Shown here piece after piece: positions 52,286 to 64,000 of a DNA stretch of 64,000 nucleotides. A program made the translations under genes and the position numbers. The DNA is taken from positions 90,210,001 through 90,274,000 of the forward strand of contig OX597823.1 in NCBI GenBank assembly GCA_951406725.2. The letters are read 5' to 3'. Source of the DNA: Octopus vulgaris. Its lineage: Eukaryota. A model generated the notes under the pieces. The model had not been told where the DNA came from and searched no databases. It was given only the letters and a program-made list of their open reading frames with translations. Each line of letters starts with the position of its first letter. The stretch's first letter is position 1.

Positions 52286-54175
52286 CAAATAAGAAAATGG
52301 AGGAACAAATTCATTACACACACACACACAAATACATACACACATTAATATACACATATATGCAAATATGGATACACGCACAAATATATACACACAAACA
52401 TATATATATATACATACATGACAAATATATATAATAGTCATTGCAATAGCTATTGAAAAGTTTGCAAGATGCAATGAAAATTTTAGAAAAAATGAGAGGA
52501 AATCAAACCAGTGAGTGTGTTAAATAATAAGGCACAAAATAATAAGGTACAAATTCTTAACCCTTCTTTTTTGTCCCTTGGTTTCCCCCATATGAGATGT
52601 TTTATTACTCATATTTATCTACCCTAACCAATAAACATTTCAACCTCCAGTGTGCTGTCCCCATCATTGATGCCACATATACATTAATGAGATTATTATC
52701 GCCTGCAGCCCCTACAAGAGTTTGAGTAGGCTGACACCAAAATGAAACCACACCCCTTTTTATGTCACTAAAGTAATTGGTGAGTAAGATATGCCATTGA
52801 TTCTTTACCGATTTCAATCTTCATTCACACATTTTGGTTTTCTGCTAGCCTAGTGATTGCATTTTCTTCTAGAGCAGAGTCCTATGTACCTGGGGAAAAA
52901 GTATCATCAGACAGTTATAGGACGTTTGTAATGTTATGTAAAATATATCCAATGTGCTTTTGAAACAATTGTAATACTTAACTACCTTTTCCATTCGTTT
53001 TATTTACAGATTTGATTATCATGTTATAAGCAATGTCTTCTAATTAGAATTTTCTGTCTAATCTTGACATTGGATCAACTAAATCTGATCTATTGGTTAA
53101 TAAATTTCATTGATCAATTATCAAATCAAATCATCTGTATTTATACTAAAGATTAACAAACTGCGTTTTACCATGGTCACTCAACTGATCCTACTACACA
53201 GTGTGTGAATGTGTGTATCTTTGTGTTTGTCCTCCATCAGCACTTGACACCCAGTGTTGCTCTATGTAAGTTAGCATTTCAGCAAAAGGGACCAGAAGAA
53301 TAAGTACTGGGCTTTAAAAACAAGTTCTCTTGGTTGATTTGTTTGACTAAACCCTTAACAGCAGTGCTCCAGCATGGTCACAATGCAATGACCAAAACAA
53401 GCAAAGGATATATATATATCCATACATTTATCTATCTATCTATATATATATAATGTGTGTGTGTGGTGGCACTCCATCAGTTATGGAACAGCCTGCTCGT
53501 GAAATTAACATGCAAATGGCTGAGTACTCCACAGACACTTGTACCCTTTACGTAATTCCCAGGGAGATTCAGCATGACAAAGCTGGCCCTTTGAAATACA
53601 GGTACAACAGAAACAGGAAGAAAGATTGAGAGAAAGTTATGGTGAAAGAGTACAACAGGGATCGCCCCCCCCCCCCTCCCTGCTGGAGCCTCGTGGAGCT
53701 TTAGGTGTTTTTATTCAATAAATACTCACAACGCTCGGTCTGGAAATTGAAACAGCGATCCCACGACCGTGAGTCCACTGCCCTAACCACTAGGCCATTG
53801 CACCTCCATATATATAATGTAAATGTATTTCTATCTCTTGTTATATTTGTACTATATTAATGTATAATATCATTGCTATTATGTAGTGGTTTAATAAAGT
53901 ATTGATTGGGTATTATCTGATAGTTGATGATTGATTTAGATATATTTCTCCATTTTCTCATTTTGTATATATATATATATATATGATATACACACACACA
54001 ACAACAATTATAAACATGACTTCTGTACACAAATCCATGTATATACAGCAATGTGTATTAATTTATGCACAAACATGCAAATTGATAAACAATCTGACAC
54101 GTTTTTTTACATACACACAAAGATACATGTATGATTAAAAAGAAAAAAATTGTGTCAGAGTGTTTGATACACATG

Positions 54176-54225
<50 letters not shown>

Positions 54226-57200
54226 TTTGAATGTGTGTGAATGTGCAAATATGTGTGTGTGTATGTGTGAATGCATGTGTGTGTGTGTGAATGTGTGGAT
54301 GCATGTATGTATGTGTGTGAACGTGTGTGTGTGTGTGAGAGAGAGAGAGAGACAGAGGAGTGCTAGTGTAACTTGAATGCCACTGAGGTATATATGATCC
54401 ATTTAGTGTGGGTGGTTCCGTTCTGTAACTCAAGTTTTAAATAGTTTTGAAACTATGTTGCCAGATACTTAGAGTATTGCGCAATGTCTAACCTCCAAGC
54501 CCCACCCAACAACCACACAAACTATGCATCAATGGTGTACACTTATTGACAGTGTCTTTATGTAATTTCGCCGAGGTTGACTTTACCTTTCATCTTTTTG
54601 GGGGTCAATAAATTAAGTACCAGTTGCATACTGGAGTCTATCTAATTGACTGGTCCCCTCCCCCAAAATTTCAAGCCTTGTGCTTAGAGTAGAAAAAAGT
54701 GTCTTTACATAGTTGTTTGACATGATAGAAACAGCAACCCAATCTCCTCAATCAGTAGCCTATAGTATCAAAAAATGAAGGACGTAGTGGGCAATAAAAT
54801 ACTGGATATACTATGCCTAAGAATTTGTGTTTCAAATTGTGAGTGAGCAACTCTTTGAGGGGAGGGGTTGAGTTGATTAGATTACTCTCCCCCACCCAGT
54901 ACTCATTTGGTACTTTATTTTGAGTCTGAAAGGATGGAAAGCCAGGGCTGATTTTAGTGGGATTTGAACTCTGAATCTAAAGAGATGCAACCAAATGCCA
55001 AAAGGTAATTCTCCAATGCTCTAATAATTCTGTCAGCTCACCTCCTTATTCTTATTGTTGTTATGATAATAACCCTTTTTACTATAGGCACAAGGCCTGA
55101 AATTTGTGTGTGTGTGGAATTGGTCGATTACATAGACCCCTGGGTTTCACTGGTACTTATTTTATCGACCCTGAAAGGATGAAAGCCACTATCAACCTTG
55201 GCAGAATTTGAACTCAGAACATGAAGACAGAAGAAACACTACTGAGCCTTTCACCTGGCATGCTAACGATTCTGCCAGCGCACTGCCTTAATAATAATAT
55301 TAACAAGAGCACTCAGAGAGTGCAAACCTCTGCCAAGGCAACACCAACGTCCTCTCTCAACAATTAGATGGAAATGATTATTAAAATGAGAATATTGGAA
55401 ATAAACTCGACTGCTCTCACAAACGAGAATACTAAAAACGAGCCCAACTGCTCTCAAAAATTAAGTAAAAATACAGGAAAAGTAATCCAGAATCCTTGTC
55501 CAGTATTAGATTGATCCCAAAATTTAATCAGTTCAGTTATTATCAGTCATGAGGCCAAACATCCCTGAAAATTTCATCCAAATCCATCCAGCAGTTCTTG
55601 AGATATCTTGTCCATTAACAAACGAACAAACAATACTTCCGCCTTTGCTAAAGCAGAGCTAATAATAATAATAATAATTATAATAATAATAATGTTGGCA
55701 CAGGGCCATAAATTTTGGGGGAGTTGATTATGTCAACCTCAGTGTTCAACTGCTACTTATTTTATCAACCCTGAAATGAAGAAAGGCAAAGCTGACCTCA
55801 GTGGAATTTGAATGCAGAACTGAAAGGTGGACGAAATACCTCTAAGCATTTTACCCAGTGTGCTAATGATGCTGCTAGCTCAAACCATGGTAATGATCAT
55901 AATGAAATAATAATTAATAATAATAACCTTTTCTTCTATAAGCACAAGGGTTGGATGTTTTGGGGGAAGGGACTCAATTACATGAAGCCCAGCTCAACTG
56001 GTACTTCATGAAAAGGATGAAAGGCAGTCAACCGTGGTGGAATTTGAACCTGGAATGTAATGATGAATGAAATGCCACTAAGAATTTTTTCTAGCATGCT
56101 AATTATTCTGTCAGTTTACCACCTTAATAGTTTTTGGGGAGGGGACCAGTTGATTACATTGACCCCAGTGTTTCACTGGTACTTAATTTATCGATCCCGA
56201 AAGGATAAAAGGTAAAGTTGAGCTTGGCAGAATTTGAACTCAGAACATAGAGATGGGTGAAATTCTGCTAAGAATTTCGTCCAGCATGCTAACAATTCTG
56301 CCAGCTCCTTGCCTTAAATGGTTTCAAATTTAGGCACATGCAAAGCAATTTTGAGGGGTTTCGCTATTGTTGATGTGTAGTTAAAAGAGAGAGAGAGAGA
56401 ATCTCCTGACAAACTGTTTCAGTTTGTTGACTATTCCTCAGAGACATACTTAGCTTCCTTTCCCAGTCAATAGATATTGTTCAACCCTTTTCATACCAAC
56501 CCACCCCAAATTGTTATTGGTTCTATGATACAGAATTCCTGTTTTAAAGGGATTTAAATTAAAACCTTCCATCAAAATTTAATCCTTAAACAGAAGACAT
56601 CATCAATTGATGTTTCAAAAATTTTACATGGACATGACCATCATCAAAGGAAAGTGAATATTTTACAGAACTTTTTGATAATGAGATTTTAAATTTTATT
56701 CTGCAAGAGGCCAATAATTATTACAATTTTTATACCTATTTAAGTGATAATTACCCTAAAAAAGAAAGAAACAATTTTTTTGTTTTTTGCTCATTTGGCA
56801 CACACAATCATGTAAATCTTTCCTGCCATTTAAGGATCAATGATGGCAAAAATTCTTCATTATTTCCAAAATTAACTGAAATAAAGGCAAACAAGATTGT
56901 TGTTATTTAGACTCAAGTCAGCTCCATTCCTGTCGACCCCTGGCCAAAACCATTCCTACCCTGATTATTTCATCACATATTTCAACACAGTACAGTATGT
57001 TAGGTGGTTAGGAGTAATACAAGGTCTCATGATACACCCTTTTTCAACTCCTGCGGGGCACGCCTTACGTCAAGATTATACAAACAGATTTTGACTAAAA
57101 ATTTTGTAACATAATCTTTAGGTTTCTGTTAGTTTGAAAAATTTCAATTCTTTCTTTCTCATTCACCCATTTTCATTAAAGTTTGGTAAAATTGGGCAGT

Positions 57201-57836
57201 TCTTTGAATTTTCAGTGTATGAAAATAACAAACTTATTTAAGTCAACATTTTGACAAATATACTTATTGTCCCAAGCCAGCATGGAAGGCAGACATTAAA
57301 CGATGATGATGATGATGATTGTTATATAAAATTTTGAAGAATAATAAAATTATTTTGTGATTTATTTTATGTAATATATAGAAATTCTGAAAAAGGAATG
57401 GGACTAGATTGGTCACACAGTAGGGATACCTCCAAGCAATATTGTAAGACAAATGTTAGGGTGGCAACCAGAAGGAAAGAGGAAAGTTGAAGGACCTGAG
57501 AAGACTTGAAAAGGATGTGAAGGAAGGCAATCAGAATTTTTTACTTTGAAATCTTGGAGGTAGCTCAAGATTGCATGGAATGGTTACAGCCCTTTTTTCT
57601 TTATGGAGTAATGTGAACTAACTAACCCAACTAAAATATAGTGTATTGTGTCCAATGTATTAGGTTTGTGAAATTATCTTTTAATAATGGAGTAAGATTT
57701 GAGTGACATCTCTTTAAGGCTGGTATGAGATATTCATTTATGGTGCCTGCTGTCCTTTGTGTGATGTTTGTAAACTTATATTATTTAGGCAGTGGGACTA
57801 CATTTACCTCTTAAGGCTGGTTGTGAGACTCTAAAC

Positions 57837-58619
57837 CAGTATTTCTCAACCTTTTTACCCTTGCGTAACCCTTAAAATAAATTGCATGTCTCAAGGAAAA
57901 CCCCTGCACAAAAAAAACAATATACACCATATTTATCTCATATGTTTTTCATTGTAGTTCACATGGTAAATATTATATTAGGTTGTCCCAAAAGTTCGTA
58001 AACCCTTGCGAAAATTGAATTTTTACTCGCCAAGTACTAACAAAAACAACAAAAATTATTCCTCAAAATAAAGACCATTATTTTCCAAGACTTTCTACGA
58101 ACTTTTGGGACAACCTTATATGTATATCAAAAGGATGTGTTATAATACTATTCCATGGACACACCAACAATCCAATAATACTTATCCATATATATAAAAA
58201 CAGCCATACCAGCAATACAACATACCTCCATCATCAGCTGCCCCACGGATATCATTATAGTTTTCACACCTGGACAGTACCATTCAATCTGGTGGTGTCA
58301 ACAGCACTAAAATAAGTGTTGTTTGGGAACAAACAAACCAAAGAAACCACAATTTTCAAACACATTTACTCAATGTACAACCATATCAATAAATAAATTC
58401 CATAAGTAAATTACAACAACTCTTAAATATATATATATGGTTGTTATATTTTTTTTTGATAGCATAATAGATTAGATAGGATGATGTCTATATTACAATA
58501 ACCAATAATATGTTGTGCATGTATAGTAACATTACAATCATGAAATCAGCATTAGCTTATCTCACTCTTTCTCGCGGAACTCCTAGGAACCTTTTATGGA
58601 ACCCTGGTTGAGAATGCTG
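57837..58619. mobile_element. Non-autonomous hAT (Charlie-like) element
   Basis: Termini CAGTATTTCTCAACC and GGTTGAGAATGCTG; perfect 8-bp TSD CTCTAAAC at 57829-57836 and 58620-58627. Confidence 0.88.
57978..58118. mobile_element. Mariner-type MITE nested in the hAT element
   Basis: TA-TTAGGTTGTCCCAAAAGTTCGTA ... TACGAACTTTTGGGACAACCTTA-TA. Confidence 0.88.
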
Positions 58620-59309
58620 CTCTAAACCATATAAAGAAGATATGATAAAAGTGAAACGTTCAATTATTTCAAGGGTCCTGTGGATTGTGAAGTTCTAAGT
58701 TAAATCTCTAATTGGTACTACATTGGTTATGATGATGAATGCTCCAGCTGGTCTGATAAATGGAACAGCTTGTTCATGAGATTAATGTGTATGTGGCTGA
58801 GAGCTTCACAGTCATGTGCACCTCTAACCTAGTTCTCTGGAAGATTCAGCATGACAAAGAAAATTAGAGTTATGTACCCTTTCACTGTAGACACCACAAT
58901 TAAATTGTAGAATGATTCAACAAAAAAGGGTTCAAAGTTTGCAAGACAGCTGTTCAATCTGGAAAGGGCGGTGTCCTCAAGTTCACCAAAAGAAATGTCT
59001 TCATATGCTTGGAGCCCTCTCTGTAGAATTATTCTCTGAGTTTTATTGTGGCTTTTATGATCAAAGGGGACATGACTCTAATTTTCTCTTCACCTCTGCA
59101 TTTTTTGCCTCAACCTTATTGCTTTTTCCTTCTGACTTCTCATGTACCAGCGTCCTAATTTTCAAATTGAACAGACAATGTGCTTGGGAGAGACAGAGTA
59201 TGTTATATAAAACCTGCCTAGACGTATCTGCACAGTAAGAAACTATTAGCTCCTATCTTTATACTGTGTATATTAAATGTCTGAATACATGTATGTATGT
59301 GTGTGTGTG

Positions 59310-59360
<51 letters not shown>

Positions 59361-59517
59361 TCATCATCGTTTAACGTCCGTTTTCCACACTAGCACAGGT
59401 TGGACGGTTCGACCGGGGTCTGGGAAGCCAGGGGCTGCACCAGGCTCCAGTCTGATCTGGCAGTGTTTCTACAGCTGGATGCCCTTCCTAACGCCAACCA
59501 CTCCGCGAGTGTAGTAA

Positions 59518-59574
<57 letters not shown>

Positions 59575-59684
59575 ATCTGTATATCTATATATCTCAAACA
59601 TATAACCGTGTTATATATTTTAAGATGTAAGTATCAATATTCTAATACATAAACATTAAAATACAAACTCTATACATGAAAAGA

Positions 59685-59715
<31 letters not shown>

Positions 59716-60030
59716 CCCTTCTACTGAAGGCACGAGATCGGGAACTTTTGGCGGGAGGGGACTACTTGATTACATCAACCCCAGTGTTTCACTGGTACTT
59801 AATTTATCAACTCCGAAAAGATGAAAGGCAAAGTAGACCTCGGCAGTATTTGAACTCAGAACGTAAAGACAAACAAATGCTGCTAAGCATTTTGTCCGGC
59901 ATGCTAATGACTCTCCCAGATCACCATCATAGTAATAATAATAATAGTAATAATAAGAATAAGAATAATAATAACAACTGCTAAAAAAACAAAACCAGAA
60001 CAATATTGAGAAGCTGTAACGAACAGATGT

Positions 60031-60040
60031 TACTCACCTG
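60031..60040 (-). promoter_or_regulatory. Candidate splice donor of an upstream non-coding HS3ST exon
   Basis: Minus strand CAG then GTGAGTA (consensus donor) at the edge of a non-repetitive block of about 0.6 kb. The link to HS3ST is inferred. Confidence 0.45.
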
Positions 60041-61214
60041 GCTTTAATCCAATAATCAACTACGTGGGGGAATTCTGAAGATATTTATCAACATCGCTTT
60101 AAATATTGTGCGTTGTACAATATATCTTTTACAGGCTATAGAATATGTTATACGCCATAGAATATATACTTGCTTCTTGTATATAATCGTTTAATAAATA
60201 AACCATAAACTGTGTTTTTGATTTATTTAAAGAGGCATTTAATTACATGGTTTTTTGGTAGTTGAAACGGAACTAGCCGACCAATCAACCAACTGACTGG
60301 CTAATCTCAATTAATCCCTACCAAAATTTATTTTTGGATTTCGTTCTTCAGAATTATTATTGATATTATTTATCATTTCTTTTTGTAGTTTTGGGTGAAC
60401 GGGGGGGGGGGTGGGTGGAGGTCAGTGACGTTTTGTGTTGCATCATTGTTGATAATGTATTACATTATAGATATATCATACAGAATATATACACACATAT
60501 ATATATATATATATATGAACTCTTCTACATCACACCATAACGAATAGATTACACAACATTGGCAAAGAAATTTGAGAAATTTGAAAAGAAAATGCGAAAC
60601 CAAAAACAATATCACTATACATGAAATTTTATATCATTTTCCTGACATGATGATTTTAATATTTTTTTAAACCATATAATACAAATCTTATGTAGATTTT
60701 TTCCTTCGATTTTGCTTTATATATATATATATATAAGTATATATATATATATATATACACATCATACATATATAGATATATACATGCATATATTACGTAT
60801 GTGTGTGGAACTCAAGGGAGTTGAGCTTTAGTTTGTTAATCGAAGAATTTAGAAACATGGGGAGGAGTGTAGTAAAATAGTTGGGCTCAGCAAACCGGAC
60901 ACAATCTCTGCATGGTCTACCCCACTCCTTCAACTACGTCACAAAACAAAATTAATAATAATAATAATAATAATCATGATGATGATGACGATGATGATGA
61001 TCCTTTGTACTATAGGCACAAGGCTTGGAATTTTTTTGGGAAGGTGATGGGTCGATTACATCGAGGCCAGTACTTGACTGGTTCTTAATTTATCCACCCT
61101 GAAAGGATGGAAAGCGAAGTTGACCTCGGTGGAATTTGAACTCAGAACATAAAGATGGACAAAATGCTGCTAAGCATTTCACCTGGTGTGTTAACAATTC
61201 TGTCAGCTTGCCAC

Positions 61215-61572
61215 CATAATAATAATAAGAAGAATGATAATGATGATAACGATGATGATGATAATAATGATGATGATATAATAATGATGATGATGATATA
61301 ATGATGATGATGATGATATAATGATGATGATAATCATGATGATGATGATGATCATAATGATGATGATAATAATACTAATAATGATGATGATAATCATGAT
61401 GATCATAATGATTATATCATAATGATGATGATAATAATAATAATAATGATCATAATTATGATAATGATGATGATCATAATGATGATAATAATAATATGAT
61501 GATTATGATGATAATAATTATGATAATGATGATGATGAGAAAATAAAAATAATAATAATAATAATAATAATG
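61215..61572. repeat. (GAT/AAT)n microsatellite
   Basis: Directly visible. Confidence 0.95.
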
Positions 61573-62687
61573 CAGTGTTGTTGTATACTGACATCCTTTT
61601 CACTATAACCACAACAAAAATGCTAATTGGTTAAAAAAAAAAGAAGTACTCTCCTGTTCCTGCTAAATTTTATTGGTTGGCTCTTAAATATGATCCCTTG
61701 TATAATTTGGGTGTGGAGGGAGATGTGTGGGATATGGAGTGTGTGTTTTGTGTGGGAGGGAGATGAATGGAACCTTGAGATGGGGTGTGTGGGTGGGTTT
61801 CTTAAAAAATCCTGTCTTCATGACGCCCCCTCCACACTTTTCATAATAGTTGAGGGGTGTGTGGTTTCACCACCACCACCATCATCTCTACAACCACCTC
61901 TATTATTGTCACCACCAAAACTATCATCATCACCATCATTATCATCATCATCATCACCACCATAGCCACCATCACTATGAGCATTGTAACTGTCCTCCTC
62001 CTCCTCATCATCATCATCACTACCATCACCAACAAGAACATCACCATCATCATTATCATCAATAGTATTATATTCAGCATATCGTCATCATCACCACCAA
62101 CACCATCATCATTAACATCATCATTACAACAACCACCATCAACAACAGTGACACTAACATTCTCAATAGCGTTTTATCCCCACCACCACCACCATCGTTA
62201 TCATCATCATCATCATCATCATCAGGGTATCTCTTAATTGATACATTATTTAAATGAGGTGGGTGTGGTTATAGTTGAAAACCCCAAAAGATTTAATAAG
62301 GTAGAAGCGTTTATATTCTACAGGCTGTGATACTTCCCACCATCACCACCCCTGATACCCCAACACCCTGATGTTATGCCCACCCTGCACCCCCATCCAT
62401 TGCAGGTTTGTAAATAAATAAATAAATAAAGAGAGTATATCCCCAGTGAGTGTGGGGAGCTGCTTTTAGTGTGGTGCAGGGTGGGAAGCAAGAGGGAGTG
62501 AGGGTGAAGATTATATTAATAAGGGAGAACTTGTTCATTCATTGAATAATAATGACTACCATGTGTGCGTGCTAAATGGTTGGGAGCGACGTGTGTGTAT
62601 GTGTGTATATATATATATTTGGAAACAGACAATAATAAAGTATAAAGAAAGGTATAATTTGGTAATCTGTTAAACAGCTGGACATGT

Positions 62688-62722
<35 letters not shown>

Positions 62723-62853
62723 CATATATTTATGTATTTACAGATATACACATATATATGTATACATATGTATATATATACATACATATATATATATATA
62801 TACATATACATACATGTATATATACATACATATATACATACATATATACATAC

Positions 62854-62884
<31 letters not shown>

Positions 62885-62982
62885 CAAGTATATATACATA
62901 TATATATATATACACACATATATATACATACATGTAGATACAAGCATGTATATACATATGCGTGTATATATATGTGTGTATG

Positions 62983-63016
<34 letters not shown>

Positions 63017-63042
63017 AGTGTGTATATACATGTGTATGTATG

Positions 63043-63080
<38 letters not shown>

Positions 63081-63188
63081 CACACACACATGCAAGTGTG
63101 TATATGTGTATACATTTATATACTCATGCACAGACTTGATGGCAACATCTCTTTCTTTTGATGTTATATTGAATGCACATATAAAAAG

Positions 63189-63226
<38 letters not shown>

Positions 63227-64000
63227 CATATACACCCTACATATATGACTGCACATACTCCTAATTTGAATATTAATGAGAGAATGAAGCTAATGAACAA
63301 GCTCATGTGGTTAGTTAAGCAGCTAAAAATAAGAGTTAAATTTCCTTCAAACCCCACTCTACAGTCATAAAGAAGGACTCACTGGATAATGCGATCTTGG
63401 TTTGTCTGCCTATGGAAATAACAAAGGACAGTCACGGTTGGAATGCCTTTTATTATATGTCTGCTTCATTAAGGTTGGCCTAGCATTAAACAATGACAAA
63501 AACAACAATAGCTCGTCTTGAAATTTGCCATATAGGAAGCCATACTCCACACATGTAATTGCTATCCAACTTGTTAGAAATAGCAGCTAAATGTTTCTCA
63601 ATTATTATCCTACAATCTTTTTTTTTTTTAAATTGTTCATTGGATAATGTAGTCTGAGATACATTTATAATCTTTTCCACATTTAAAAGTAAGAAAAAAA
63701 CCAAAGAAAAGCAAAGGGAAATGGATGAAACAAAACAGAATCCTAACAACTGGAATAACTTTTGATCAAAGAATCTGCTTTTGTTAAAGATGAGGGAGGA
63801 AGAGAAGAGAGAAGCTAAGAGGAGGAGGAAGAGAAAAGAGTAGAGGTGGGAAGAGGAGGAGGAGGAAAAGCTGGAAGAAGAGAAGTGGGAGGGGAGGATG
63901 TGGCAAAAATGAAGAAGGTTCTCAGTGGGGAACAAGTGAAGTGTTTCCTAGTCACTTGATCTGCTAGTTATAGCAGCCCCGAATCCTCTTTCTGCTCTCT

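Overview
AT-rich, repeat-dense animal genomic DNA. The SINE families and extreme microsatellite load suggest an octopus or other coleoid cephalopod (inference). There is one intact protein-coding exon: a heparan sulfate glucosamine 3-O-sulfotransferase (HS3ST1/5, Hs3st-A group) at 35266-36309 on the minus strand. It has a clear splice acceptor at 36386 and a candidate non-coding first exon ending near 60038. The rest is tRNA-derived SINEs, decayed LINEs (CR1, R4/Dong-like, RTE), Tc1/mariner and hAT remnants, MITEs and microsatellites; most other ORFs in the track are repeat artefacts. The most interesting signals are: (1) a short element combining a tRNA-like Pol III head with a minimal Penelope-type hammerhead ribozyme and an inverted copy of its own tail (36639-36967), plus degenerate hammerhead relics elsewhere; (2) a CpG-rich 52-bp palindromic satellite fused to a GC-rich hairpin block (9785-11235); (3) a patchwork of locally templated insertions at a broken MITE (14096-14444); (4) long fold-back repeats and a CpG-decay domain around the gene. 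All alignments were made by eye and repeat boundaries are approximate unless a TSD or TIR is quoted.
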